Part shown: positions 13,223-29,100 of the stretch, piece after piece
How the letters are laid out: every line of letters begins with the position of its first letter
Position numbering within the stretch: position 1 is the stretch's first letter
Assembly: GCA_949358305.1 (NCBI GenBank)
Contig: OX442314.1
Coordinates: 17,360,001 to 17,424,000, forward strand
DNA: 64,000 nucleotides
From: Strigamia acuminata
Lineage: Eukaryota
Direction: 5' to 3'
Translations under genes and position numbers: made by a program
Notes under the pieces: model-generated
Database searches by the model: none
Told to the model about the DNA's origin: nothing
What the model saw: only the letters and a program-made list of their open reading frames with translations

Positions 13223-14163
13223 CTTTAACCTTTTGCTCACGTTTGCGACATGGATGGCTTTTCCATTTTTTTTAAAGACAATAAAAGGAAAAAGAGGATA
13301 GGAGAAAAAAAGTGTTATTCATGTTGACTGCATTGGCACGTCAAGGACACGACTAAACACATTTGAAATTCATTTGGAATGAAAAATTTCGTTTTTTCAG
13401 TGAATTTTTTCCAGTTCTCAAAACATTACCCGTTAAATAAAAAAAAAAAAATTTCTTATCCCCTAACAGTCTTTATGGGTGTGATGTAAGTAGAGACAAA
13501 ACAAATGGTGGATCCTTATCATTTTCTCCCTCTTCTTTTTTTAACAACCCATCTGTACCAGTTCCTTCTTTTCTCCCCTCATTGCCCCGTAATTTTTTTC
13601 TATTTTCAAACTAAAAAGCACAAAAAAAAATCTAAAAAAATCCTTTTTTTTCCAACTACATCCGGTAAAAGACTTCTTAGTTTTGTAAACCGTAAACTCC
13701 GAACTTTAGTTTATGACTTTAAGGCACTTAAGTAAGGGGAGTTTGAGACTGGACCCCTTTCCTTTCGTGCCTGAATTACCCCTTTGGTTTATGACTATGT
13801 TCTTCACATCACTCCCTCTTTTAGTTGGGGTGAAGTGAATACCTGAGACAACGCCAAGGTTTTGTCCAGGGTTAAAAGCGAATCACGTGTATTTTGTGTA
13901 ACCCCTCTCATGAGTTGATGAGTGAATCTGAATACCAATTGCGTCTCGTGCTCCAACAAGGCATTAACTCGTGCCCGTTTTAAACCCTTTGCAAGTTGCC
14001 CATGTAACAAGTGCGTCATCTCGATTTTCCACGCCAAAACCAATTCTATTCATTCTAACTCATTTTAATGGTTTTGTTATGCAAAACTAAAATAGCTTTA
14101 GACACACAATGACGCTACAAGTCAGGGAAGGGTTGGTGTGTTGATTTTTACACTATATTTGTG

Positions 14164-17100
14164 AGGTCATTCAACCCATAACTGTTTTTTTTTCTTTAAT
14201 TAATTAATTTTGAGTTTTGATAAATTTTTATCAGCTCAGTTTTTGGAAAAGGGAAAGTACACTTTATCAAATAACATAAAAACTATATACTTATGTATAT
14301 GTAATATATTTTAATGGTTTAATATTTTATTCAGACTTGTTGATTAAATTCATACTTTAAAACACGAAAATATCGAAAATTCTGTCATTTTTCACGCGAT
14401 TTCTGCCGCTCATTTAGCAAAACCTTCAGCTTTAATCTTATTTGCTCTTTTATTTCCTCTAACTCCCAGCATTCATTTCGCCAGCTATGTCACTCAATCC
14501 ATTGGCAACGTGGGTCGTTGCCCTCAGGGCTGAATCACGTGATATTTGTGCACGCTCAACCGGGTATCTGCCTCGTCTCCTTGTGCCTTGATAACACAAT
14601 GATACACTTGTACGGCTTAAGTGTCACTTCGTATCATTCTGATAAAATTCTATACATTGTGCTAATAACTTTATAAATAACAAGGAAAATTAAATTCATA
14701 TTTTTTTCCTACTTCTTCGAAAAACAACCCAACTGCCGTTTTTACATGGCAGTTTCCAAGGAAACGAAGGGAAGGGTTTAACACGCTCTGGTCCGTTTCC
14801 AGGTAACCCAGTCTATTTGAAGAATCATCTCACCGAAAGGGGCCTCTTGTGGGAACCATTGGTCATGGTTGGATGGGTTGGATGGGCTTAACTCCTGCGG
14901 GTATTTGTGGGTAATCTTCCCTCACACAGGGGCACCATGGGGTGATTTCATGATGACCATATTTCACTTTCAGTTTTTATTTCTTTTCCACCTAGGCTAT
15001 TTCTTTTTAGTAACTATAATATTTCTGACGGCATTTGGGTGTTCGTGCGGTCAAACGTTGGTTTCAAAACTCCCCAACACTATACAATAGATCAATAAAT
15101 CTTGTAGTTTGTATACACTACTGGAAAGGACGTTTGAACCTGTGAATAATGAGCTAGAAATGTGGAAACCGTAGACAATTATACAATTCGATCATTATAG
15201 GCATATAAAAGTGTAATATGAATATCTAAAAATAGGTTGATGCCAATAGCATGATTTAAAAGCCATTAAAATTAAATTACAGCTTATGTCATCAATAAAT
15301 TGACTACGGGAGTAAAGAGAAAAAATAAAAATTAACAAGCCATTACGAAAATGGATTTTACACCCATATATTACTAAATTGAATCTTATTAATTTGAAAT
15401 TAGGAAATAAAACGAGGGAAATAAAAGTTCAGTACAGTTTGTGTGTGTATTTAAATTTCAATTATTTGAAAACGTGCAAATTTATTTATCAGGTATCATC
15501 AACTGGGCTAAATTTAAGGGGTCAATTACCTAGTGGTCCGTGTTACATATTTTAGTCCGTTGACTGCTAACTGTTGAATTATAAATGAAGATTCCACAAG
15601 ATTATATAGTCAGATCAATTTTTTTTATTTGATATATATTTTTTGTTAGATTTTATTTTATTATTTTAGTAATCAAATGTAACCGTTTTCGGTGTAAGGA
15701 ATGTTGCGTAATTAGCACTTGTCTACACAAAAATGTTGGCAAATGAATTTGTTGTAATAACGATTTGATTAAATTTATAACTTTTTACGTGCTCGAAAGT
15801 GAGGCGTTCTTCGGATAAACGAGCTTTCTACGAGTCGTTTATGGCTGGAAAAAATAGCAAACTTAAAACATTTGATTCATATCTTAACAGTTTTACGAGT
15901 ACCCCTTGCTTTGTAATTACACGTCCCGACCAAACCTCTTCTAGTATAACAGATATAAACAACGAAAACTTTCACTTTGGCGCTTTGATTAAACCAATTT
16001 TTTGTCCAAATTTTTATTTACAATTTTTTTTCCCCACAAAATCTCCAGTGCGAGTTTTGTCCACAATTATTATGTAAACATTAGAGATCTGGTTCAAGTT
16101 CATGACCAGACTAGACACTAACGGGTTAAGTATGTGATTGAAAAAGTGGGTCAGGGATCTCCCCGACCCCCGAACGGGACGCTTGGGAAGACGTTGGGGC
16201 GCCCTTCAGCTGCACTCGTAGCAGCCAAGTTCAATGGCTCGATTTGGTAGTTTTGTTTTGTTTTGGGTCAATTTATAATTCCAGGTTTACACCTCGTTAA
16301 ACACTGCGCCCGCAGACACGGGTGTTCTCTCCTTAACTCAAACAAAAATTAAAAATTGATGATCAATCAAACGCGCGAGTGGCTCTGTCTTTTAATCAAG
16401 GCATTAGTGAGAGTTGTTTTTATTTACGATGGGATTTGTGTTTTTTTTTTTTTTCTTGACATTTCTCTTGTCGAGTTAACTGGAACACGAAAGAAAAAGA
16501 GGTCAATCGTTTCTATTGCAGCATTTGTGGTCTATTGAATGCATAAGTGAAGGGTCTAATGGTTGTGACGAGCCGTCACTTTCACTTCAATAGGGGTGGA
16601 AATTCAACTTATGTACTTTGAAGTGATCGTGTTTTTTTTTACCCAAGTAATTAATACTCTTGAGACCAACTGATGTCTAATAACAGTTCGGCGAATAGAC
16701 ATTGATTGATTCAACTTTAGACACTCATGTCAACCCATTAAAAGAAGAAAAAAGGGGACCAAGTTCAAATTCCAAGTATAAATTCTCCCGATAGGCTTAA
16801 ACCTAAAGCAACCTGTGCACTGAACTATAAGGTTAGAAGGTTTTCGTTTTTTTTTCCTTGTTTGATCCGTTCTTGTTTTGTTCACCTTGCGGCTTCTATT
16901 TCTAGATTTCTTCTTAACAAATATTAAGGCCGTGTACCTGGCCTGGCCCACTGTTGCACTTGACCATCGTCTGATTTAGTAATGTTGGTGGTCTTATTAT
17001 TTTTTAATTCAGTAGTGTGGTAACTCCCTCGCGTCCGAAGAGGAACTTACAGGTCACACACCTCATTTGCAAAACATTGACGGTATTGTGAATTGTGGAG

Positions 17101-20100
17101 AAAAAAATTATCTTTTTGATTAATAACTTCCATTATTTGACGTTTTCCTGCAAGAAATTATTATAATTCAATAACATGTTCACGTCAATGTTGAATGCAT
17201 TTACCTATTGACGCTTCTATCTCTTCAGGTGTGATGACCCAGAGCACCAGACATGGAAATTAAACTTCGTATCAATTTAGAATTAATTTTTTTTTAAAAA
17301 TATTTTATGTTTTTACATTTAAAAAAATATATTTAAAAAAAATTCTTTCAGTATTCTACTATTTTTAAAAAAATATTCTTCAAGCATCATAAAACATGAC
17401 ACTGAATAAGTTATGCTAATGATGGAGTCAAGTTCCCAACTGAACCACCTTGAGTTTGCCCTGTGCTTCCACTAGGATTTTTAATTTTAAGACTTATCCA
17501 ATTGCAAGTGTGGGAAAAGCGATCCGTTATATTAAAAAAAAGACAGATAATAATAATAAAAATATTTTTTGAAACGGCTAGCTCTTAAATTCTGCCTTGA
17601 TTAAATGACTTGTGAGTTTTTTTATTATCCTGTCTCTCTCTTCCGTTTAATCATGGATATAAATGACTTATTTTTTTTATGGTTGTAAAATAGGTCATTG
17701 AAATATCTGATTAATGCCACTCCATACATTTGTTTTCGTATTTATCTCTGACCTTGGTTTCGGCTTCATATTTGCAAGTCTAATAGCAGATTGTGGCAGT
17801 GCACCTTTAAAGCTAAAATTTGCCACAAAGTGTATACTTGTTGCAGAAATGAATTTCTAGTTAAAGGCGATGAAGGAAATAACTTTTAAAAGTAAATTTG
17901 TGCTCAAGTTGACAGTATAATTGAAGGTACATGTGGTGCATGAATGAACAGTTTAATATTTTGTAACACATTAAAAAATAAAAATGTATTAAAACGGCCT
18001 TCAATGTCATTTATCATTCTTCCTGTCCTAATATTAAATCCTAAGTATAAATATGAAGGTAAAACAGATTGTATCGTGTTTTTCACCTACTAAAGTCAAT
18101 TTTAGTTTCCGTTTGAAGGTTTTCAACACGCATTCGCCCTATTATTTGCGATTTTTGCCGACTGCATAAAAAAAGCTTTTAATTTAAATAAATTAGCTGT
18201 GTTTCTTGTAATTAGACACGAGCCGTAACATCATTAGGTTCGAGGTACGTTTGTGTGTATTTTGATTGTATATACGCAACTATTTCCCGCTGCAATTTAG
18301 GTCGTAAACGAATTTAGGTCACTTTCGCTTTCGCAACGAGGTCGTCGGTGAAAATTATCCTTCAGAGGAAACGTAAAACGGAGAAGAATATTTCTTTTTT
18401 TCGCCACAATTTAACATTTACGATTCTTCATTTCTTCATCTTTTATTTATATCAAAATTCCTTTCATAAACTTGAAATAAATAAATCAAATTAACTTGTA
18501 ATTTTACGGTTTATTTTCCAATCACAACGAGTTTTGCACATAGCAACTATAGTTGTCAGTGTGGAGGTGGGGGTTGTTATTTTAAGCGTCTGCTGGGTGT
18601 GGTTGGAGATTTTAATCGCACTTGTCAGTTGTATGATTGTTTGGCCACGAATCTTTTGTTTTTGTTTAAGATTTTTAATAACAAATTTTATTTCCATTCG
18701 AATTATCTCTAATCTTTTTTTCTTTTCAATTCAGATCTATGAAGTCAACTAGGGTTCACAAACGCCACTAAATTGGAACCGATATGTGATAGCTCGCTGA
18801 TTAGATATGAAATCCGTTGAAAAAAAATATAATTTTTTTTTCCATGGAGACAGGAAAAAAATTATTGTTTGTTTACGTCCTGCCGAACGCAGGCAGACTT
18901 TTGAGGAGGGTTGGATAATTGGAACAGCAACAGGACTTTAAAATGACGTGCCATACAGCGTGCTCTCGATACGTCATGAAACTTGAGTTTGTCGTGCATT
19001 GTTATTATAGTTAAACACGTAATAAGTGAGGTTCATTGGACTCTGCGAGTTAAGACCGAATTGTGATTGGCTCGCTGAAAAAGCACTTTGGCGTTGGTGG
19101 CGCTGCAACGTCGGGAAACAGCTGTGGGGGTCCGTGATGAGAGATCAGCGTCAGCGAGCGAGCAGCCGGGAAACCGAGATAGAGCGAGAGAAATAGAAGG
19201 AAAGAAGAAGAGGAAAGCCTGCGCACAAGTGAAATTTTCCGTTTCTGCGCCGAGTGGTCTTCGTTTGGCAGTTTCCACTGTTGTTCGTCGGGTGGCGTTG
19301 GCTGTTCTCCATCAGCATCGAGCGCTGAACGTCACTCGAAGGGTTGTGGTGCATGCCGAGAACTTCTTTCTCGGCCTCATCACACGTGCAACATTACTAT
19401 AGGAGGGAAAAAAATATTTGGCCACGAGTGGGTACCTGAAATTATTCGGCGAATGTGGTCCAAATGATCGGGAGACAACTACTCGTCGTCGTTTGATGTT
19501 GTTACTTCATTTCAACTACCATGATAGTCATCCTTAAAGACTTTATGCTCATGCCAGAGTCGTTTATGCGACAACCCCGGCCTCCAGCACGAGAGGAACG
19601 AGAACTTATTTGTCCACCGAGAAGGTAAGAAGTTTGAAACATTTTATAGAAATATTTTTTTTTTGCTTTTTTTCCTTTTTTGTTTTGTCCTTGGGAAGGA
19701 AAATTGAAAATTGCCTTCTTCTTTTGATTGGAGTCGCGATTGACGTTGGACCGGGTCTATTGTGTTGTAACACGAGTCGAGTGCCCCTTTAAGACATTTC
19801 ATTCCGATTCAAGAATCAGACTTACACATAAACTAAGTTGTAGAGCGAATCGAAGTTTATGAGTCAGGTAGAATCGAAGGGGTGAAACATGAGAGGTGGT
19901 GCGTGTTTCAAAGGGTTTAATATGTCTCCCCACTGTTGTTCCCTCCCCTCACCTCGTTTAACCCCTTCGTTCGTAAATAACTCGAAGCCACGTGTATCTC
20001 TTGTTCACACCGGGGGAGATACACGGGAGGGTAAGTCGACGCGTGTCTTATTAACCCTGCGTTTGCATTTAAGAAACTTTTTTTGTGCGTTGGCGTTTAC

Positions 20101-23100
20101 TTTTCGCTCGGCCGTCATGGCTGCTGCTGCTAGTGCTTTGGTGTGCTGCTTTTTCGTGGCTCTGGGTTTTCAAGGCCATCGCAGTGCGTGCATCGTTGAC
20201 TCTGTCCGTTGGTGCAACGCGGGGGTGGTGTGGAATGGCGGGAAATACCCTTCGTCAGGGACAGTGACGACATTTCACTGGGAAATAGAAGGAAAACCAT
20301 CGCGGGAAACGTGATTATGGAATTCCCTCGTCCGTGTTGCGTTTCTACGTAATGTGGGGTATGATAAAAATGTCAATGATGCGGGGAGGTGAGCAAACTT
20401 TAAAAAGTTGGGTTCACTACGACGAAATGTATTTTTTTTTTATAAATGTTTCGTTGGATTTACAAGGCAATGGGTAAAGAGGTCGTTGGCGATGTGACCT
20501 TGGATGATGACGGGAGACGGATCTGAAGGGGTTTTGAATTTGATTGATATAAGTGGGAGAAATAGTGATTTGTTTTTAATCGAAAATGGAACTGGTAAAG
20601 ACGGCCCCCGTCTAAGGGTCGGTCGGTCAGTCTGGCCGCATTGCTGATTCACTGTGGCCCACGTTCGCCTTCTCGTGATGCCCCTCGGGCCACTCGAGCA
20701 TCATGGGAAGTGTGTCAGTGATCTGGGTTGCGAGGCACCGAACAAAAACGAAGGGTTGTATTTTGACTTTTACATTTGATATTTGTTTAACTTGTTCAAT
20801 CTTATCATCAGAAAGCAAAAACAAAAATTTAAAAATTTAAAAAAAAATAAAAAAAAAATAAAATTACAAACAAAGATATCTTTTCTTTCGAGTGAAATTT
20901 AAATATAAAATGATAAAAGGGTTAGAATTATTGGATAAAAAATACATTCAGAAGCAAATGGATCCCGATTTCTGTAGGCTACGCCTAAGTGTTGGCTCGA
21001 GTAATAGAAAGTTTCGTTTTTTACCCGTTTTCTATGCGTAGTAATTACATACATAGTGTTTGAGCGTGTAAGTTTGAAAACGGGGAATATAAAATTGTAT
21101 GTTTTCATGATTTTATGGATTTTGACGTTGCGAAACCAACTGTAGTCGAGTTAGTGAACTCGTAACGATTAAGTTGGTTTGGTTTGTAATCCGAAAGTGA
21201 TGTAATCGATGGTCCATTAAGCAGAAAGGGTTGAGCCGAGAAATTTGACACCAGGCCTGATGGGGCTGACGAGCACGTGGCACAAAAAAGGAGCCTGCGG
21301 GGGCCATGGAATGGATGTCGAAATTGTTCTGATTCAACATCGTATACCCGACATTTAAGTATTTAACTATTCGTTTTGAACTTTTTGGTACGACTCAACG
21401 AGTGGGTGTTTGATTTAGACAATAAATTTAAACGTGGTGAGTAATAGGTCCGTTTTTATGTGGAATGGGTCGGACTCGTTATAATTTGAAAGCAAAGGCC
21501 ATATTGACTTAAGAGATTTGAGGCGCGATGATGCAGATCCGTGAATGTCAATCCTAAGGCGTTTTAAAAGGGTGGAGTATGAGCAGGGTTGGGCCGGAAA
21601 ACGCATCCATTTTTCCTCTGACCTTCGTGTAAAATGACAAGTCAGTTGGACAGAAGGATTAACGAAGGGTAAACGTGTGTCACTTTGATTCTACTTAAGC
21701 TTTGAGCTCTTGACCACTTAAAGTCGCGTTACACAACGCGCCGCCATTGAAATGTTGGACGGACTCTTGGAGGACATATTGAAACAGATGTCTGTTTGAG
21801 TTAAGAGGGAATAAGAGTGACGTGAAGGCTGCTGTAAATTTAAAAATAAATTGTTTAAAGCTGGTTAAGGTGTATCAAATTTTGGGTGTGCGCTTTTTGG
21901 ATCGCTGCCAAAATCGCATCTCGAGAGATACTGCGGAATTGAATCTTTTTGTTGTTGTTCTGCTTGTTGAAGGTCAATTCGTTTTATTTATATATATAGT
22001 TTCTTTTTTAATAACTTAATGACTATGTGTGTGTGTGTGTATGTGTGTGGTTACTTCTAATAGTTCTTCTTCGAAGTTTAAAGTTTAATTGATACATTAG
22101 GTTACGCAACAAGTTTATGTTGACAGAAACGATGATAAATGATGAGGATGAACGAGATGATGGCGATGAAGAATGCAAGCTGTTCGAGAGTGGAATAGAG
22201 AAAGAAAAATGCTATTAAAATTAAAATCGGTGCTTAACGGGGTGAAATGAATGCACTAAATCTGGCATCAGTAAATTTTTATTACTCCGTATGTTTTATG
22301 TATGTAATTTGTTATTTGTCGCGTTACGCTTTTATGGAAATCGGTCAAAATATTTATTTTTAGAAATAAGAGCAAATTTAATTGAAATTACAATGAAATA
22401 TAGACATAATGTCTAACTTTCGTAATTATAACTTACGGTATATTTAAAAAAAAATGGAAACTCGAAACTTGTGCTGTAATTTGGATGTATTTTTAGATTT
22501 ATACATTACGGGAAATACAATAATCATTTAAACTCGAATAAATACAACAAAATTCGTTATCAATTATCAGTATTAGACAGGTAAAGTGCAAGCGGTGCAA
22601 TGAACCTTCTATATATTTATAAATATATATATCTTATCAATTAATGGAAGAGAATATACATTAAGAAAGAAATGAAACATTTTCATTCGTGTATTACAAT
22701 TATAACGACAGTTTCGTATTACAAAAAAAGTCACTTTTCAACGATTGATTTTGCACGGGTTTAAGCCAGACACGATCACTCATACAGTCAGTGGAGTTAA
22801 GAACATATTAATCCTTAAAAAAAACTCGATTCTTAAATCCACTTGACTGGTTGTGTGGCTTAAAAGAGGTGAATAGAAGGGTATAAGGGGAGGGAAAGAA
22901 AAAACCCCCTTCTCACTTATGCCCTATCACATTATGTTGATACTTTGACCATTTTGTCTAATACACCTGATGCTGTAAGCCTAAATGAAATGACAATGCG
23001 ACTTTTACCCTAACTAGATCGCTTCTTGATTTAATTCGAATTTTTGAATTTTTGAATATTAAATATTAATATTTTAATATTTCTATTAATATTTTTAAAA

Positions 23101-26100
23101 AATGATTAATAATAAAAAAAAAATTTTGTCATAATGTCACCGAAAAAAAATGATATCGTTGAAGTTGATGAATGTGTATCAGTCTTCGACGACTAGAAAA
23201 GCATTATATACGTAATATAAATGCTAGTATGGACCATTTCCTTCCCTCGCAGCCCCCTACTTCATCACTCTTCGCTGTAGGACGGTCCCCCACCCTCCCC
23301 TTGGTTGCTAGGGCCCGTCTCGTGAGAATATTGGCACCACCTTACCACTATTGTCAATATTTGTGACCATAGAGAGTTGTCCAGGAGAAGAAGGAGGAGG
23401 TCCACTGACTCCCAACACTACTACCAGGGGGTTTCTGAAACAACCCCACTTTTCCTCCCCATCTCTTGTCAAAATCCCACCCGGCCACCCCCTTGGAGTC
23501 TTTTTTTTTATATTCCACGCTAGGAAATAAATGAGCGATTTTTATTATGTCGAAAAAAAGGTGGTGGGGGGAGGTATGAGGTGGGGGGACGAGTGGTGTG
23601 GGGTTGCGCTTTTTTGGAGGGGTTCCACCAAGGATGAAAAATTTTTTGGGGGAAAGCACAGCCGGCTGCTCCTTTGTTCACCTGGACGGTGAAAAATTAG
23701 AGTAAGGGGTATTGGTATCTCTCGACACACATACACACCTTTCCATTATTTTTCCCTTTTTATATCGATATTCCCCTATCTGTGGGATATTTTTGCGAGA
23801 CCCCTATGAGTTATATATGTGTGTATGTTTGATGGCAGTTCAGTGACACTTTTTTCAACAGCAACGGAAGCTTTGTAATCAGGGAGAGTCTGTCTGTAAC
23901 GACAGATGTCCCCTCCCCTGCGCTTGATTGTCCGCGTTCCCTTAAAGGTGAGAGAGCGTCCCTTACAGGTTTTTTCGAAAAGAATTGAAAAGTGTGAAAA
24001 AGAAAGTTTGAAGAAAAGACAGGCTGCGGCTTGGGAGCTTGGGACAGATTCAGGTGTGTGAAAACGTCTCTTTTTATGGAAAAGGTGAGGTTGAGAAATA
24101 AGCCACAGGGAGGGGGTGTTGTAGGAAAAAATGGGAGGAAAAAAAAGGGGGGTGAAAGGGGTTAAAAATCATAAAGCTGCTTCTTTTCAAATTGGTCGAT
24201 CAATCATCCGGATTTGTGTGGAAAAAACGTGTGTTCGGATAAGAAGGATTTATTCGTGTGGGATTAGAACGTTGGTGGCAGCGTCGTAATCGTAAAGAAT
24301 TTCTTTTCGACTTTTATGATTACGTCGAAATAATCGTCGTAATTTCTCGGCGACAATTTCTGCGTTCAAGGAATTGTTCTTGACGAGATTTTCTGGCGCC
24401 CCATCCGTGCAAAAGCCCCATGGCGACCATTTGCAGCTGAGTGAAGCGAAAAAGGGTGAACGGCCTTGAACTGTTTTTAAACTTTAATTTTTATTATTTT
24501 TTTTTTATTTTTTTTTTCTTTTACCTGCGCTTGTTTTTCAGTTTCATGCGTGAAATTTATTTGACTGATCTTTGATTTTTATGTCCAATAAATTTCAATT
24601 TTTCGCTTTCGTATATTCACATTTAAGAAAACATTATTTTTTCTTTTTTTTCTTTTTTTTCCGTTGAGCAATGAAATTCCATCTGGTTTATGTTTTATAT
24701 ATTTATGAAAGGCAATTAATAATATTTTATTTCATTTTGTTACATGTAAAAAGATCCTTGGTCTAATTTTCCAAACCTTTGATGTCCGTTAACGAGCACT
24801 TTGAAACCTTTTCAAGCACCCCATGACACGCATACAATTTAATTTCTCAAATTTGTCAATTTTTTCAATTTTTTCAATTCTTTTTCTTATCTAATATATC
24901 CATTTTACCTCGTGTTCGTTTCGTTTTGAGGTGAGGCAAAAGGGAAAGTTGAAATGTGGCATTAGGTTAGGGAAACTTTCTCTTCCTTGGCTTGAATGGG
25001 TCAGTGGCCTCTATCCTCAAGGCATCGCTACCCCTAATCCCCGAACGATTGGGTGGGGTCTACCCATGCGTAAAAGAGTCGCGTCGTCCGAGTGAAATTC
25101 AACATTCCAGCTTGCCTGCAGTGGAGGCGTGGCTGCCATGATGGGTTTTTACAACCAAGAAAGGATAAAAATCACGTTTGATAATTTAAGGACAAGTTTG
25201 TTTCCCTCTGGCACAGGCACAGGAAAGACGAGGGAGAAATTGGAGGGGGTAAAAGGGTTTTATGCGAGTGGGGAATGGAGTTAAAGGGCAAGGTCAAACA
25301 GTCATAAGAGGAAACGCCGAGCCGAGTGATGTGATCCCCCAACAACAAGTAGGGTCAGTCAACCCGGTCAAAAATCATGGCGCCTGCAGTCATTTTATTC
25401 TTCTACGAAATAGGCAACTGGGCAATGAGAATGAAAGCGAAAAAATGAAAAATCTATATCGTTAAGAAAAGCTTTCTCCTACGCCTCCGTAAATTTCCGG
25501 GAAGAACGACGAAGGCGAGGAGAGGCGAGGCGAGGCGAGAGGAAGTTAAGATTCGGATGTGATGATGTCATCTAACCAACAACAGAAATGAGAAAGCCAA
25601 CAGCGTGGGTGTGTGAATGAGTCGTGTCAAAACTGAGCGGTGACGTGTTGTGTGTTATTCGGGGGCTTAGAAGGGTTGGTTCAGTTGGATCGTGAGCGGC
25701 AGGTGCCGTTTATTCTTGGCTTGCGACATGTAAAACAGGTGAGGGATCGCGATTGGCGACGTGGTTGGTCGCTTGGACTGTTCCAACATCCGACGACGAG
25801 GTGGTGCGGATTAAGTCCGAGTTGAGTTGTTGGCGAATATTGATGACAAGGACAATAAACAGGAAACCGAGGTGAAGATGAGCAACTTGTGCTCACATGT
25901 GCTCTCCTCCCCTTTGCGAGTGGTGGCGTCCCTTTGGGTTAATAACCTTTTGTAAGTCGAGTTGATTAAAGTTTAAGTGGTGGAAGAATGTTTGTAACTA
26001 GCGAAAATGATTTTCTGCTTTTAATCAGTCTGGATTCCATGTGTGGGTGTGGAATTCCAGGTGTGAGCACAACGAGAACTGTCTGACATGTGAGTGAAGA

Positions 26101-29100
26101 GTACGTTGCTCTTGTTGTTTTCATCACGAGGCAAACATTGTTCGCTTAAATTAGATCGCCACATATTTTCTTTTTTGAAATATTAATTTTCAATTTTGAA
26201 TGGTTTTTAAAAGGTTTTTAATAGGTTTTTAGTGCAACAAATAAATAAACACAACCGAAACACACAACTTCTTCTCGCGCTTCACTGCGCTTGCGTCATC
26301 GCGTGCATGAGGGCGCTGTCCTAACTTACAAAAGAGCATCTGCTTATTAGCTTACACATTTGTAGTATCCACTTTGGAAAAAAACATATATTTCTAGAAT
26401 TTTATTTGTTCGAATTCGCAGATTTGTTTAGGATTTTCATGGGAAAAAAATGCGAAAAAAAGTTATGTTTGTTTTTGTATAAGAATAACTAACCCTTTGA
26501 GTGTGCGATTTTTAGGTTTCAACTGTCAACAGGTGAGGTTAAGGTCGCGTTCCTCCTCCCTCAACTTGGCACCAATCCCACAATCCCATAACCGTGAACA
26601 GTTGGTTGCTGGTGCCATTGGCTCACGATGGAGGTCAATGTAACATGTTATTAATCTTATAAGGCAATTTATAGACTCGAAATTGAGTGAATATTTTTCC
26701 CCGACCTTTATTTTACTTTAAAGCACCGATTTAAATGTCCGATGGGTCATTAAATGTTGTGGTCATTTAATTTCCGTTTTGGTAATTTTTTTGTGTGTGT
26801 AGTGTACTTGTATTGACGTGGACGAGAGATTATTTGAATGTCAACAGGTCAGTCTTTTGGGATTTACATTTAAAGATTTTTCTCATGGCAACTGGAGGAA
26901 GTTGAATGCGTTGAAGTTGTTAAACCATGTGATGCGTTTGAGTTTCTCTCCGGGTTTTTCCCTCATCTGTGTCTAATGAGTTTGTACACAGGTGAAAAGC
27001 AAAGTAATTCATAAACCGATTCAATTCGTCGTGCCGTTTTTGTTTACTTTTAAACATAAAAATAAGCGAGTTTGAATTTTAAGTCGCGATTTTTTAACAC
27101 CAGAGTTCGGTAGTGAGGCTTTTTTAAATGAATCGAGGGAAATGTTTAATCATTCAGTTACACAACTTCTTCTTTTTTGGTGTCATTTGGCTAATTTTAG
27201 GCTATTTTAATTGGGCATTTGTGAGATAATAAACCTTAAATTATTGACCTGGCTCTTTTTCGAATGGACATACGATGGACTTTGACATTATTTTTTTAAA
27301 AAAATGTAATTAGAGCGAGTTTTATGTCCGTGAGGATGGTCAAATCGGCGCGATTGCATTATTGAAATGATTAAAACGATCGGACTTTACATAAAGGAGT
27401 CGGAATGTTAATTTGTTACAAAAATTTAAATATTTTTTTTTATTATTAGCGTATTATTATTTATTTTATGCAATTAAAGTGATGAAAATTGATGGATTTT
27501 TTAAAATCTCTAATATCAGCTTAACTTACGAGCAGTTACTTAATTGCATGTGATCATAAATTCGTGACGTTCAGCAAAGCTTTCGGGACAAAAGCTGCTT
27601 AAGCTGATTTTCTGGCTTTGCATTTTAATTACCGTTTTAATATCTACCATAATTTGCAACTAAAAAACTAATATCTTGCGTGTATTTATTTGGGTTTTCC
27701 ATTGTGTGGTTGTCCGTGGTAACGTGACGTAAAATCAAAACCAACACATTCGTTTGGAAATTTTTCCACTTAACGCTAATTTGTTTTTGCGAGAAAGTAT
27801 ATTTGCGCAACGCTTGTTAAATTTATCATATATAATTAGGCGGTAAACTGTTCGATAATTATTTACTTAAGTTAACTTTGCTGTTGTATAATTATCATTA
27901 CAACCGTTGATTATGTCTCATCTTGTGTTTGTTTTTTGTATTTCTCATGTATTTTTCCGAACACAATTGTAGCTATAATTATGCACTGTCCTTGATGCGT
28001 GAATTGAAGGGACTTGGGCGTGTTACAGTATGACGTTTGCTTCTTTACGATGGGCTAATTTTGACTTTGTTCTTTCTTTTCACATGGTTATCAACCCTTT
28101 TTTTCAATTCTAATAGATGGGAAAGAGAAAATGCAAATTATTCAATTATTCAAGCTTTTTAAATTCACTGAGAAACTCCCGAAGATGTCACTTTGAATTT
28201 GATGAATGACCACACATACGTATACATAAGCATATATACGTACAATTTATTTATTTTTAAATTTTGGATCGTTCTCAATCTTATTAAACATATATGTCTC
28301 GATGGTCAAACATCATCTGACATTACCCAAGTTCCTATTGCTCAATTAAAATCATTATCAATTCAAGGGTTGTGAACCGATGAACTGAATCCACGTGGCG
28401 AAAAGATAACTCTTTTACAGTATATAAGTGTCAATTTAGGTTAGTGATAAATTAAAAAATGAAAAGAAAAAATAAATTGACGGCGGCCATATGGATGATG
28501 GTTGGTTTTTAATTGAAAGAAGAGATAACTTTTTCTTTTATTTTATTTTTTAGACCCATATTAGACACGTGGCATTCAGTGCGAAGGTCCAGTTGAATTT
28601 TATGCAATCAAAGTTGTTCAAAAAGACCTTGAAATACGTCTTGAAAAAGTGTACGCCTCTTTTTTTCTGAACTTTGAATTCTGATCACGCACAACTTGTG
28701 CCACTCACCCCTTTTACAACTGTTAGCGTCTGCTTGCGAAGCAAGTGGAAAGTAAAAACTTATATATTTGAACAAATATTTTCTTCTCTACACCACAACC
28801 AGCCTGTGTTTGTTTATCTTTGTGCGACGTGGATTTGAAACACTCGGCATTGGCAATGGGCCCAAAGAGGTTTTGAATTTGTCACTTGGCGTCGATGAAA
28901 GATTAATTTGAATCTAGGGCGTTGCACTCCTCTCTGAATCACAAATGGCACGGATTAAAGACCAAACTAAATTGTCCACTGGTTTTTTTTTTATGTCGTA
29001 TTTTTTTTTTCACTTTCATTATTTCCTTTCTCCAATTATTTTTTTTTTTAATTTAACATTTGCCCTAGAAAATCGCCGTGGAAAAAAATATCCTGAAAAC